In this document: positions 1-13,050 of the stretch, in pieces
Numbering within the stretch: the first letter of the stretch is position 1
How the letters are laid out: each line of letters starts with the position of its first letter
Assembly: GCA_964016885.1 (NCBI GenBank)
Contig: OZ024741.1
Span: forward strand, 397,482,001 to 397,546,000
From: Eledone cirrhosa
Lineage: Eukaryota
Length of the DNA stretch: 64,000 nt
Reading direction: 5' to 3'
The notes under the pieces: generated by a model
Databases searched by the model: none
What the model was told of the DNA's origin: nothing
What the model saw: the letters and a program-made list of their open reading frames with translations, nothing else
Program-made: the position numbers and the translations under genes

Positions 1-17
1 TATGTACGTATACATAC

Positions 18-89
<72 letters not shown>

Positions 90-501
90 CATACTTATAT
101 ATATATATATATATAATATCAATAATATTAATAAATGGTAGCTATCTTTAGAAAACCATATTTATTTTATTATACATATTTCAAGGGTACCAATATTTTA
201 GTACGCTTTCGTCAGATAAAATACAATATTTGGTTTAAAGATAGTGACATATCTTCATGTGAACTTTATGTTATAAGTTTATTGAAGATAGTGATTACAT
301 TTTCAAAACCTAGGATCAATATTCTAATGAGGATAACGTTAAAACTCAAAAGGATCGTTAAGTTTAGATGCTAGATAGATTTTAAATAATTATCTAAATT
401 ATTTTTCTAGAAAAGGTTTGCTATTAAAATTGAAAATAATATTTCAAGTTAATTTAGGAATATTTATAGAAATATGCATATATACATCCAAATAACTCAT
501 T

Positions 502-541
<40 letters not shown>

Positions 542-545
<4 letters not shown>

Positions 546-702
546 GTTTAAATAGCTTGACAAATTGAACATTGTGGCAGGCAAAATCCCACACACAATA
601 CCAAAGTAACGAAAGAACTAACAGGTTGCTTTCGTTACTTTGGTATTGTGTGTGGGATTTTGCCTGCCACAATGTTCAATTTGTCAAGCTATTTAAACGT
701 AT
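542..702. repeat. Perfect ~74-bp inverted repeat (fold-back) with 13-nt loop, abutting (TA)n
   Basis: 542-615 (atacgtttaaatagc...taacgaaag) is the reverse complement of 629-702. Confidence 0.95.
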
Positions 703-807
703 GTTATTACTCTAAGGATCTACCTTGTCGAGTGCTTTGCTAACTCATTCATATAGTAGGCCAAATTTGCTTGCACACCGCCAGAGATTTGATTTTACTA
801 AGTATCC

Positions 808-845
<38 letters not shown>

Positions 846-1131
846 TATGTCCTTAGAATCATTTGATAAGATGTATACTCAATTTCCTCTCCCAATTACC
901 ATAATCAACCACACAAAAAAACAATTAAACCAGGCTATAAGATTAAAAGGCACCTGTGAAGAAACAATAGATAAATAAACGATACCCATTTATTCGCGAT
1001 CAACAGCCATAGAATATTTACCCATCATTTCAATAGCACGTGGAAATCGATTAAATATATCGTCAACCATACACAATTAGGTATAAAATTAAAGTTATAA
1101 GAAAAAATGCATATACACATACCAGGATTAC

Positions 1132-1212
1132 GTTTCTACCCTTAGGGTTTCGTTCCCTTTCGGAAATATCCTATCAAGGATAAATTCTCGAGCTTCGAAC
1201 TCATCAGGAAAC
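1132..1212 (-). ncRNA. Type I hammerhead ribozyme, canonical core, long stem II
   Basis: Minus strand: gtttc-CTGATGA-gttc...gaac-GAAA-ccc(taa)ggg-TA-gaaac; all three stems pair. Confidence 0.9.
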
Positions 1213-1538
1213 AAACTCACTTGGACACAGATTTTTCTTAAATGATCCCCGCCAGAAACGAATTCAAAATGGCTAAGAACTGTGACGTGGCAGTGATCAA
1301 GTCAGAAAGAATGTGATTGGTGCCTACGGCTAGTAGGCTGGTTGCTAGAAACCGCAGCCTAATATTGCCCTCAATTGCATCTCAACCTTATGGGAGATTA
1401 TATATATATATATATGCAGAGGTTATATTTAATTTGTTGGGATTCAACAAGCTTAAAAATTTTATAACTAATATAAAGCACTCAACAGATAAGTGGAGTA
1501 AATATTCAATATATTAAATATATTAACTTATTATTAAT

Positions 1539-1717
1539 TGGCAGTATCGGTAGAGAGTCGGACGCCATGCTTTCCAGCATAGATACGTTTCTTTACGGTC
1601 TGAGTTCAAATCCCGCCGAGGTTAACTTTGCCTTTCATCCTTACGGGGTCGATAAAATAAAGTACCAGTAATGTACTGGGTAATTGCTGGCCTTGTGCCA
1701 AAAGTAGAAACAATTAT
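1539..1717 (+). mobile_element. tRNA-derived SINE, family A
   Basis: A-box-like TGGCAGTATCGGTAGAG, B-box GAGTTCAAATCC, body gaggttaactttgcctttcatcc..., tail gaaacaattat; about 10 copies in the window. Confidence 0.85.
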
Positions 1718-2195
1718 AAATATTATCAATATATTAACTTATAATTATAAATATTATAATAGCATAATGAACGTTATATTTACGTTCTGAGTATTTATCC
1801 ATGTAAAACTTATTTCTTAGTTCGCTTCGCTTCTCTTCACTATCACTATGCATAATCTTGTCTTTCCTTCTTCTCTTTTTCTCTTTCCCTTTTCTTCTCT
1901 CTCCCTTTCACTATTCTTTCTTCCTCTCTTTCAATATTTTTTCTCTCTCTCCCTCTCAATATTTTTTCTCTCTCCCTCTCAATATTTTCCCCTCTCCCTT
2001 TTACATCTCCTTTCTTCCAACAGTTTAATTTAAATAAACCGTTGTTTTTTTCAATTTTTCTAACACCCATTTACATACTCACTCATAACTTTGTATCACC
2101 CTCAATAAAATATTATCTCCACTATCAAGGGAACTTCAGCCGTTAAGGTTGTCTTTTTTCCGGGTATGTCAATATTTATTTATAAAACAAATCTG

Positions 2196-2261
2196 TATTT
2201 TATCTGATGAAAGCGCACCATAATTTGCCTTGGTTGCCCTTGAAATATATATAATAAAATA
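2196..2261 (+). ncRNA. Type I hammerhead ribozyme, palindromic stem III
   Basis: tattttat-CTGATGA-aagcgcacca...tggttgccctt-GAAA-tatata-TA-ataaaata; perfect 8-bp stem I. Confidence 0.85.
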
Positions 2262-2302
2262 ATTATGGTTTTATAAATATAGTTTTATTGTTGTAAAAAG
2301 GG

Positions 2303-2356
2303 TCTATATATATTTCAATAACGTGGTTATGTAAGATCCTGGTGACATCATCAGGC
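2303..2356 (-). ncRNA. Degenerate hammerhead motif
   Basis: CTGATGA...GAAA-tatata-TA present on the minus strand, but stems I and II pair poorly. Confidence 0.35.
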
Positions 2357-2488
2357 GTGAATTACATCATAATTAGTTAATCAATAAAGGGAAGTTCGGC
2401 GAACCGAAGCAGAGAATAGAGAAAATATTTGATTCGGGGGGAGATGGCCTACGAGATCGGTGTTATTGTTTCGACAGATTAACTCTGG

Positions 2489-2546
<58 letters not shown>

Positions 2547-2659
2547 ATATACATATATATATATATATGTATGTAAAAGGTAAACAGAAATAACAACACA
2601 ATCGGTACAGTATATGGAAGGTATATATTAGGTTAACACTTGATATAGCAGGAAAAGGC

Positions 2660-2693
2660 CTTAACGTTTCGGACGCTAGTCCTTCATCAGAAG
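2660..2693 (-). ncRNA. Minimal PLE-type hammerhead ribozyme
   Basis: ctt-CTGATGA-a-ggac(tagc)gtcc-GAAA-cg-TT-aag, inside a ~190-bp repeat (2600-2792) that recurs at 3421-3612. Confidence 0.8.
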
Positions 2694-3360
2694 AAAGAAT
2701 GAGAAATAAAATAGATTGAGGGGGACGGGCAGGATGGAATTGGAAAAAATGTCTTTAGATAAAAATAACAGGTCCATTCATGTTGACATCTCTTGCAAAA
2801 CTGTTGATACATATATATTCGTAGGAAAATAGGAAAACTCGGCGTAAGGAAACTGTTAACACACCAAAATGCCACCGAAGCGGCGTTGGGTAAAACTTTA
2901 CCTCGAAGGATAGAAATCAGCGGTATTTTGCTGTTTTAATAGCTTCCTTACGCCGAGTTTTCCCATTTTCCCTTCGAATTCTAATATTTTCGCGATCAAA
3001 ACTCGATGCTCGAGTTAATTTTGTTTATATATATATTTATATATGTGTGTTTGTGTGTGAGTATGGATTCAGTTCGGAACTAGCTGTTGAAACGGCAGGA
3101 GCTCAGTCGTCGGGGTCCAATGATGTAGACCAGTTCTTCTTTTTGGGTAAATGCAGTCGATATTCAGAGCGTGGGATTGGGCCCGTGCAAGGCCTTTCCT
3201 CACTAAAAAAGCTTCAAGCACATGCCCCGTTTGATATGTGGCATTTTTGTGATGCACGGTGTTGCTGGCCATAGGCAAGTCCCTGGCAGAACTAAAAAGC
3301 CACGTTCGTGGTGCTCATGCTTAAGTATCAAGTGATGGCATTACTAGAGATCGAGTTGCA

Positions 3361-3423
<63 letters not shown>

Positions 3424-3481
3424 CGGTACAGTATATGGAAGGAATATATCAGGTTAACGCTTGAAATAGCAGGAAGAGGGC

Positions 3482-3514
3482 CTTAACGTTTCGGACGCTA
3501 GTCCTTCATCAGAC
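3482..3514 (-). ncRNA. Minimal PLE-type hammerhead ribozyme, second copy
   Basis: Same CTGATGA-aggactagcgtcc-GAAA-cgTT; a short inverted piece of it follows at 3615-3632 before (TA)n. Confidence 0.75.
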
Positions 3515-3726
3515 GAAAGAATGAGAAATAGGATAGATTGAAGGGACGGGCGGGGTGGAATTGGAAAAAATGTGTTTAGTTAGAAATGACAGGTCCATTC
3601 ATGTTGATATCTCACTAGCGTCCGAAACGTTATATATATATAATTGAGATAAGTGGAGCAAGTAAGAGTTAAACAATTTTTTAAAATAAATAAAAAAATA
3701 TAATTTAAATATTTACCTATTCTATT

Positions 3727-3808
3727 TGCTTTTACCGACGGTTTCGCCTCACTAAAGATTGGAAGTCCGATGGACTTCCAATGGAAATGTTCGGTTCCTC
3801 AGAAAGCA
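3727..3808 (-). ncRNA. Type I hammerhead ribozyme in non-coding element 3642-4050
   Basis: tgcttt-CTGAGGA-...attggaagtcc(atc)ggacttccaat...-GAAA-ccgtcgg-TA-aaagca; homologous to 50481-50557. Confidence 0.85.
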
Positions 3809-4183
3809 TTTTCCCCTACATAGGACGAAAGTTCCACGGACGGCAAAATATATTGCATTCTGCCAGCTAGTGCAGGATCGAATGAGGCCGTAAACTTGAC
3901 CTACACATTAACTAGCCCTTAGTATAAGCGGAAGTAAACATAGACGTGTTCTCTATCAGGCCACAAAAAATAGCAGCTAGGTAAAACAACGGGTTTTTTC
4001 TCTACACATAAAAGAATATATAAAAAGGAGATCGATATTGCCATAGGTACTTTGGTCGGTTTTCGCTTCTGTATCTTTTATATCTCCACAGTTAATTCAT
4101 TCGGTCCTCAATGTTTACCATTAACTGACCAACGGTAAAAAATACAGATATAATATAGATATAAACACATATATATAGTCTAA

Positions 4184-4221
4184 CAAAGTTCTTTCGTTGC
4201 ACATCTGCAACATCATCAGTG
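4184..4221 (-). ncRNA. Minimal hammerhead ribozyme
   Basis: ca-CTGATGA-t-gttgca(gatg)tgcaac-GAAA-gaac-TT-tg; flanked by inverted arms 4052-4100 / 4262-4310. Confidence 0.7.
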
Positions 4222-4457
4222 GTACTATTATGTTCCTCCTGTTGTATTGTATATCTACGCCATGAATTAACTGTGGAGATATAAAAGATGCAGAAGCGAA
4301 AACCAACCAAACAGTGAGTGTATTTTATTATTATTTCTGGCAATATTATTACAACAATATGACCTTCCCCAAGTATAACAATATTTGTTTCGACACACGA
4401 TTTCAGATCAAAAACCTCGCAAAACATATATATATATATATATATATATATAGATAT

Positions 4458-4527
<70 letters not shown>

Positions 4528-4667
4528 AAAGTTTATATCGAGTTAAAAAGTCACAATAGTCTACTATAATCTTTTAAACGGCTACCTTACGTTCAATTCG
4601 ATCCGACCGGCACACTGTAACCATGTGCTTCTCTCTTAAAACATGTGTTATTTAGTCTTCTAAGAAA

Positions 4668-4728
<61 letters not shown>

Positions 4729-4734
<6 letters not shown>

Positions 4735-5349
4735 AAAGCTCTTCCATACATCTCCACACACAACCCCCTCAACAATGAGGCCTTTGACACCACCCACCAG
4801 AATATCCCTGTGTTAAAAAAGGACCATAGAATGAACCAAATCCTTCGAACACACGATATCATAAAGAGCAAAAGACAATCTAAGTCAATGAAAAACATCC
4901 TAACACATGCCAAAATACTGCCAACCACAACAACGAAACCCACAGTAAAAAAATGCGATAGACCCAACTGTGGCATATGCATCAACCTAATAGAGGGTTC
5001 GGAATTCTATTTCAAAGGACAACGTTTTATAGTAAAACACAATTTCACATGCGCATCAGAAAATCTAATATATGTATTAACTTGCTCAAGTTGTCGAGAA
5101 CAATACATAGGCCAGACCAAAAACAGCCTCCGCCAACGCATGACTGTCCATAGATCCCAAATTAAAATACGGGAATACAGGAAAATACCACTGAGTGAAC
5201 ACATTGTTACCTGTGCCACCCAAAATCATCCCAACTTTAGAATCTTTCCCCTCTACAAATTTAAAGATAATGCCACCCACACCCAGCGCATCAGCAAGCA
5301 ATCTCACTTTATTAACAAATACGGACGCCGTCTAAACACTTCTCCCTAA
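4729..5349 (+). pseudogene. 5'-truncated Penelope-like element: Zn-finger linker + GIY-YIG endonuclease
   Basis: KCDRPNCGIC linker, LIYVLTCSSCREQYIGQT, LRQRMTVH; begins directly after (TA)n. Confidence 0.88.
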
Positions 5350-5922
5350 GACGAACCCACAACATATACACGTCAACATACATACCTACATCAGCATACA
5401 TCTCTATCCACATATAAACACAATGACATACATAAACACACATGTTCTATGGTGCAACACAAATATACACAAATTTGCATACCTTTTGATGTCTATAGAT
5501 ATAAACGTGCCGACACACACACATACATATACGCACATATGCATTGCGCACTGATGGGCACATACATATTTGTACACAAGTATTCCAATACGGCAGGGCC
5601 TAATAGATTCCCCTTGCAGTACGTACAATCTGGACACTCACACACACCTTGGTGTTATGACAATACTATACATCATTTCACCCCTTTTATTATTATTGTT
5701 TTTGATGTTCTTTTGAGAGAATCGTTTTTGCAAATTTCTGAAAATATCGAATAATGTACACCGTTTTTACCAGTATCCCAAAAATACTGGTCCACTCACA
5801 CACACACACACCTCCGTATAAGACAAGAGCTGAAAAATATCTTTCAACATGTTAAAATATCCCCCACACACGTACAGACACATTCCTACTGACCGAATCC
5901 CTCTACCACGAACCACTCTGCT

Positions 5923-5966
<44 letters not shown>

Positions 5967-5989
5967 TTGTCTTAATAGACACCTGAACT

Positions 5990-6061
5990 GTTGACCTTTC
6001 AACATGACTGCAATTCACACACATCCCTACTGACCATTATCACAACAATGAACCTCTTTAC

Positions 6062-6146
<85 letters not shown>

Positions 6147-6616
6147 ACACACACACATATTTGTCTTAAAAGAATTATTTTTCAGTGACTTCTCAATCAG
6201 GCGAAAAAGGACACTCTTCGACAAACCTACATTTGGCGCAAAATCAATTTTTAACATTCACGTGACCTCTACGGACCAATCAAAATTGTTTTGACTACAA
6301 GAATTTTTGCAACACGAATTGGCGCGAAACTTATAGTACTCATTCACGTGACATTCAACAACCAACCAAATCTTAATACCTCTGGAGCCACTTTTTTTAC
6401 ATAAAACAGGTAGAATTTCCAAAATTAATCAGATTAGAGCAAACAACACGGGCGCTCTATCTCAAAATTATTTTTGAAAAGCATTAGAAATGCGCAACCG
6501 GTAAAAACTTAAAACTAAAACTGGATACTAACCAATACTTATTACTAATTTATACTTTTTATTAATTAAAATATTTTTCACTAGAAAAAATTTGTCACCA
6601 TTTTCTTTTCCTTTTA

Positions 6617-6621
<5 letters not shown>
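5990..6621 (+). repeat. Interspersed non-coding repeat, likely PLE terminal segment
   Basis: Homologous to 30203-30627 (+) and 29727-30190 (-); ends in (TA)n. Confidence 0.75.
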
Positions 6622-6683
<62 letters not shown>

Positions 6684-6913
6684 TAACCCTACAAGTGAAC
6701 CTACAGTAACCCCAAGTTACACTCCAGGGAGTGTAACTTGGAGTTACTGCAGGTTCACTTCAGTGTCGAGTTGTAGAGCTATACAAAGTGTATTATAGTA
6801 AAATAAAATAACAAGGACGATTGGTTACTCCTTCATTACATTTATTGGTTGGTGACGCACGTTTCGTCACTGATCACCACTGATTTGCTATATATATATA
6901 TATATATATATAT

Positions 6914-7120
6914 ATAGGAACGAGTAGGACCCCGACGGCTGAGCTCAAGCCGTTTCGACGGCTAATTCTGGACTCAGAGAGTCCAGAATTAGCCGTCGAA
7001 ACGGCTTGAGCTCAGCCGTCGGTGTCCTACTCGTTCCTATTACCCACTCTACTACCCTAAGTATTGAGTACTTTGGTGCGTTATGGTCCACCTGGTTCCT
7101 TACCACATTTCCTTCGTTAT
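6914..7120 (+). mobile_element. Truncated copy of the U3-A8 HHR element family with ~62-bp fold-back (6914-6975 / 6979-7040)
   Basis: Near-perfect hairpin; right arm and tail match 43635-43772; (TA)n on both sides. Confidence 0.88.
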
Positions 7121-7213
7121 ATATATATATATATATATATTTCATCTGGGAAAGAAGTACACACACACACACACGCGCGCGCATATATATAAAATACAAA
7201 ATTCCACACTTTG

Positions 7214-7325
<112 letters not shown>

Positions 7326-7373
7326 ATGTATATATATATATATAAAGTGTGGAATTTTGCATTTTATATATAT

Positions 7374-7411
<38 letters not shown>

Positions 7412-8084
7412 TCCCAGATGAAAAATGTCTTTGAAGCTCTACAAGCTACATTGCATCCCTTGTGTGTATTTTTTTTATTGCTTATTTTTTCATGTTCTGA
7501 AATCCTAACACATAGTTTTCAGCACCCTACACTAGCTATCCGACCTCAAGGGGATATTACCATAGACTTTAAATCTAAAACATTAGCGCTGTGTCCCAGA
7601 ATACTTAACATGGCAAACAACGCAAAGCTTTTAGTTTTTATTCCAAACAAGCCAGTGTCTCTCTAGAAATTCAGAATTTTTCCTGGAAAATGGTTCATTG
7701 TTTGAACCCTCCTGGAATTTTTTGAGTAATGGGATGTCGCCATTAGCAACATAGTTTTATATTTCTACTTTTTTAAAGTGTATAGTTATTTTATATATAT
7801 ATATATAAGCAAAGGGATATTTAATTTGTTGGTAATTCAACAAATATATCTATTTATAACTGATTCGAAGCACTCGACAAGTTTTCTGGAGTATAATATC
7901 AATGATATTATTAAATGGAAACTATATTTATAAAACCATATTATTAGGATATACATACATATATATCCTAATAATTATTTAAATCTACCTAGCGTCTAAA
8001 AATAACGTTTTTTTTTTTTTTCAGCCCTATACCTCAACCTCATTTGCATCTTTATCCCCTTTTTCCTTTTACTATCCAGGAAAA

Positions 8085-8220
8085 ACTTGAACCGTTAAGA
8101 TCTCGTTCCTGGTTATGTCAATATTTATAAAACAAACTTTGTATTTTATCAGATAAAATACAAAGTTTGTTTTATATATTTATAAAACATAACCAGGAAC
8201 GAGATCTTAACGGTTCAAGT
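8085..8220. repeat. Fold-back inverted repeat centred at 8151
   Basis: 8085-8118 / 8187-8220 and 8126-8150 / 8152-8176 are reverse complements; left arm is homologous to 2132-2204. Confidence 0.9.
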
Positions 8221-8885
8221 CGGACGTGCTTTTCCTGACCGCGAGATTTGAAATTTAAATTGACAGGAATCTGGAAGATTTATTGTGTTAACTTCTTAAA
8301 ATGATCAAAAAAACCTTTGTAAAAGATAAGTATCTGTATTTCGACGCGATTATTTTTCGTGTTTTTGCGTTTTAAATGGGTTTATTTTCACTCTATTAGA
8401 TATTCTTCTCAGACGAGAAAAACGTGTTTTTGTTTGTCATACAGAATATAGCAAGCTAGTTAAGTAACGTAATTTTATTTTATTTTAAGTAACGTAATTT
8501 AATTTTTATTTTCAACTTAGTGAGCATATATATTTGTTATTGTTTTTGATATATTGATATTATAATAACTAAGATTCACTATATATACACGTTAACCGTT
8601 ATTTTAATTTGAAAGTATATTTGTAAACAAACCGATACCTACTGTTAAAATCATGAAATCATCATATCTTATATAAATCTTTCGCGATTATATATTTTTT
8701 TTTAACTTATTTGGATTTCATTAATTTAATTTATTTTAATCTATTTTGTCTCCTTTTATATTTCATGTGTTATCATTTGTTTACACTGTATTTTGGTGTT
8801 TTAATCGCGAAATATTAATTTCGAACGATATTAATATTTATAATTATCTTTGACCTGTTCAAGTCTGTCTCTCTCCTATCTCTCT

Positions 8886-8944
<59 letters not shown>

Positions 8945-8978
8945 CCTCTAAATCGCACCTTGAATTTCTCACTGGTCT

Positions 8979-9046
<68 letters not shown>

Positions 9047-9151
9047 CTTCTGTCTCTCCTATCTCTCTCCTTTCTTTTTCTTTTTCTCTAAATCGCACAA
9101 GCTCTCGCTCTTTCTCTCTCTTTCCCTCTAAATCGCTCCTTAAATTTCGCA

Positions 9152-9233
<82 letters not shown>

Positions 9234-9280
9234 TTTTCCCTACCCTTCCCGCTATCACTCTCTCTCCCCTCTACAGCGAA

Positions 9281-12200
9281 ATGGACTGCATGCAGGGAAG
9301 AAATGAAATTAAAAGTCAGCGAAACTGGTCAAAGACGGAACTAGAGGTTTTGATCAAGGGGTGGAGCCTGGCTGATGAGTCACCAAGCAAAAACATTGCG
9401 GAGACTCTGAAGAACCATGGCTTTCTGAGGACTTTGGCGCAGATAGACAGAAAAAGAAGAGAAATTGAGAGGGCCTATGTCCTCATAACGCCACACATGG
9501 CCATGCTAAGCCGTGTCCTCAAGGAAGAAAAACGGGGAGAAAGAAAAAGAAAAGGAAGAAAGCACAAGCACGGACCTGAAAGAAAATGAGATGCTCGCTG
9601 CCACAGTCAGGGAAGGCAGGCCGGGCAACCAACAGGCAAACGGTAAAGGTGAGAAGCGAAATCACCTTCCGAAGAAAAACCAAGCAGAGAGGGACCAGTG
9701 GACAACTGTCCAAAGGAAGAACAGAAGGCGCCGAGTAACTGGGAGCAAGAAGACCCAGGTAACGTGCAAGTTCTTCAGGAACGGGACCTATTGGCATGGA
9801 GAAACAGGGACAGGCTTTAGATTCGCTCACCCCAGGCCCCAAACGAACTATGCCCAACCTACTCTCACAACATGCCCCAGCCAAAACCAGAACCGATGCA
9901 AGCTGCCCCAGAAGTATGCTGATGTCGCGCGTGCCACTCCAACAAGGAGAAAGCGCGCATATGCCGACGAGATACAGATGGCGGCAGCAGAGCAAAAAAT
10001 AATGTTCGTGATGGCAGAGAAGATTGTGTGACAGCTGACCTGGCTGCATCGTTTTCAGAGCAAGGGTCACTCACACCACCACTCGAGATCACCTCAATTA
10101 AGAGACCCAGGGTGGCCGCCGCTGACACTAGGACAGGTGTCACACCGACAGCCATTGCTGACACCCCAAATGTCACACCAGTGCTGCTGCTGAATGTCAG
10201 AGGCCTGGTGAAACTCACTAACATGAGTAAAATTTCCTACCTGGGAGACTTAGCTATAAGCAATCAAGCATTATGCATGGCACTAACCGAAACGCACCTG
10301 ACAAGCAGTATAGCAGATGCGGAAATACATATACCAAAATATACTGTATTTCATTCGGACAGAAAGGAGACAACTCATGGTGGGGTTGTTCTGTATATCC
10401 GTGAAGATGTCACACCAATTGTACTGTTGACACATTCAAACTCAGTCTGTGACACACTGATAGTACATATGAAGCAACTAAAGACAGTAATATGTGTCAC
10501 ATATCGGCCACCCGAGGGTAAATTTGAGGATAGCCTCAGTAGGATAGAAGAGGTCCTTGACAAACTGGACCAGTGTCTCAACATTCTACTGCTGGGAGAC
10601 TTCAACCTGCCAAAGGTCAAATGGCCTGAGGGCCATCACCTCCCTGGAATGACATCACTAGAACAGAGACAGACGGAGTCCCTGCTGGCCCTCACACACA
10701 GGCTGTTCATGGAACAAGCAGTACTCCTCCAAACAAGAGGCGAGAATGTCCTATATCTCTGTTTTACAAACAACGAAGTGCTCATCCACAATGTAAAGGT
10801 GACACCAACAATTTTCTCGGATCCTAACTTTGTAGAACTAATGATTTGTGGTCCGAGAGAACAACAGAGACACAACCATCAAGAAGCACCTGGAACTTAT
10901 CCAGCCTTAACTTCTACAAGGCTAACTGGAAAAAGATCAAGAGAGAAATCCGGAAGCAAATATGGAGCGAAAACACTGCCACACAAGACACCAACACATA
11001 TTTTCAACACTTCATGACAACGATACACACTATATGCAAAAAGTTTGTCCCGGAGAAAAAGGCAAACAGACACAAAAATCTTATTCCCAGAGATAGGAAA
11101 ATCCTTATGAGACGAAGAACTAAGCTCTCAAACTAGTTGAATGCACAACAAGAAAACAAAAACAAGAAGGAATCCTATTTGGAACGTGCACTACTTGACA
11201 TCGAGATTGCACTCAAACTTTCCCATGAAAATGAAAGAGCAAAGAAAGAAAGCAGGGCCATAGAAAATATTAAAACAAACCTAAGGCATTCTTTAAATTT
11301 GCAAAAGAGACTGCCTCAGTACACTGCAAGATTGGGCCACTCTTCCATAAAGACGGTTCATTAACCGAGAATCCCCAAGAGATAAGTGAAATACTGAATG
11401 AACAGTACAAAAGTGTGTTCACATGTCCACTGAGCCACATGCAAATAACAAAGCCAGAGGATTTATTTGATGCCACAACACTCCATGAAAAAATGACGAC
11501 CATCAACCACATAGACATAACAGAGGAGGATGTGGTATACGCCATAGATGAAATTAGAACAGACTCAGCTGCTGGACCTGATGGATTCCCAGTAGTCCTC
11601 TTAAAAACGTGTAAGCGGGCCTTAGCAACTCCACTGACGACGCTGTTCAGAAGCTCCTTGGCCAGCGGTAGACTACCCAGGGAGCTGAAAGAAGGTACAA
11701 CAATATGCCCTATCCATAAAGGAGGTAGTAGAGCGGAGGCCAAAAACTATAGGCCAGTCTCCCTGACGTCACATATCAGTAAGGTCATGGAGCGAATCAT
11801 CAGAAAGAAACCGATCACTTTCCTCGAGGAAAATGACCGCCTGACTAGCACGCAGCATTGCTTTCGATCAGGAAGAAGCTACTTTACACAGTTGCTACAT
11901 CACTACGACTGGGTACTGAAACAACTGCTAGACAGCGCATATGTGGACGTGATATATCTTGACTTTGCGAAGGCCTTTGACAAGGTCGACTACGGAATGA
12001 TATGTCACAAACTACACAGACTCGGCATAACTGGAAAAGTAGGTGAGTGGCTGCATGACTTCTTAAAGGACAGAATCCAGACAGTTACAGCAAACGGAGC
12101 CCTCTCAAAGGAAACATCAATAACAAGTGGGGTGCCCCAAGGCACAGTCCTGGGACCACTACTGTTTTTGGTGGCTCTCTCAGACATGCCCTCTGTAGTA

Positions 12201-12736
12201 CATACAACATCCCTCACTAGCTATGCTGATGACACTAAGGTAGCACAGGCAATCAAAAACCCGGCTGATGCTGCCCTTTTACAATAAGATCTGGATGCCA
12301 TATACAAATGGGCGGTTTAATGCTGGCAAATTTCAAGCCCTACAATACAAACCTGCAAACACAAATACAGTACAACACAGTTACACTGGACCAGGAGGGA
12401 CCAAAATGCCCGTGTCGAAATCGATACGAGACCTGGGTATAGACATGAGCGACGATGCATATTTTTCCTTACACATCATGAAAGTGGCGACAATGTGCAG
12501 ACGACTCGTTGGCTGGCTCTTGAGGACTTTCCGGAGGAGAGACCGAGAGACCATGTTGACACTATGGAGGACATTTGTCCTAAACCGCCTGGACTATTGC
12601 TCACAGCTGTGGTGACACCATAGTGTCAAACTAACCACGGAGCTTGAGGCAATCCAGCGAAGCTACACCAAGAGGATTGCGACGATGAAGGAGATAAGCT
12701 ACTGGGAGAGGCTAAAAGAACTGAACCTCTACTCCT
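9281..12736 (+). mobile_element. CR1/L2-group LINE, degraded (ORF1 + APE-RT ORF2), 3' end interrupted
   Basis: APE motifs LLNVRGL, LTETHL, GGVVLYI, YRPP, GDFNLP; RT motifs GPDG, NYRPVSLTS, YLDFAKAFDKVD, GVPQGTVLGPLLF, YADD; several stops and frameshifts. Confidence 0.93.
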
Positions 12737-12737
12737 T

Positions 12738-13050
12738 GGTGGTCGTTTTTTGTCTATAATCAGTGCTTCTTTAATTCTAAGATTGCCGAGGTTTCTTTCC
12801 TTAGTTTCTATCCTAACTGTTATGTTTTTGTCGGTGTTTTTGCATTTCACTAGGTGTTTCTTAAATGAGGAAGTGTTGGTATTGAGGTGTTCTTTTATTC
12901 TTATGTGAAGTGGTCTGGTGGTGCTACCTATGTAGAAATTGCTGCATTTGTCGCACTTTAATCTGTATACGACGTAAGCCTGGTGGCATAGGTCTGTGTC
13001 GTTGATGGGGTAGTTGGCTAGCCTGCAGCGGCTGTGGTGTCTGGTGGAGT
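12738..13050 (-). pseudogene. Penelope GIY-YIG fragment joined to the LINE
   Basis: Reads KCDKCSNFYIGSTTRPLHIRIKEHL...LRIKEAL, close to the 40405-41313 ORF. Confidence 0.85.
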
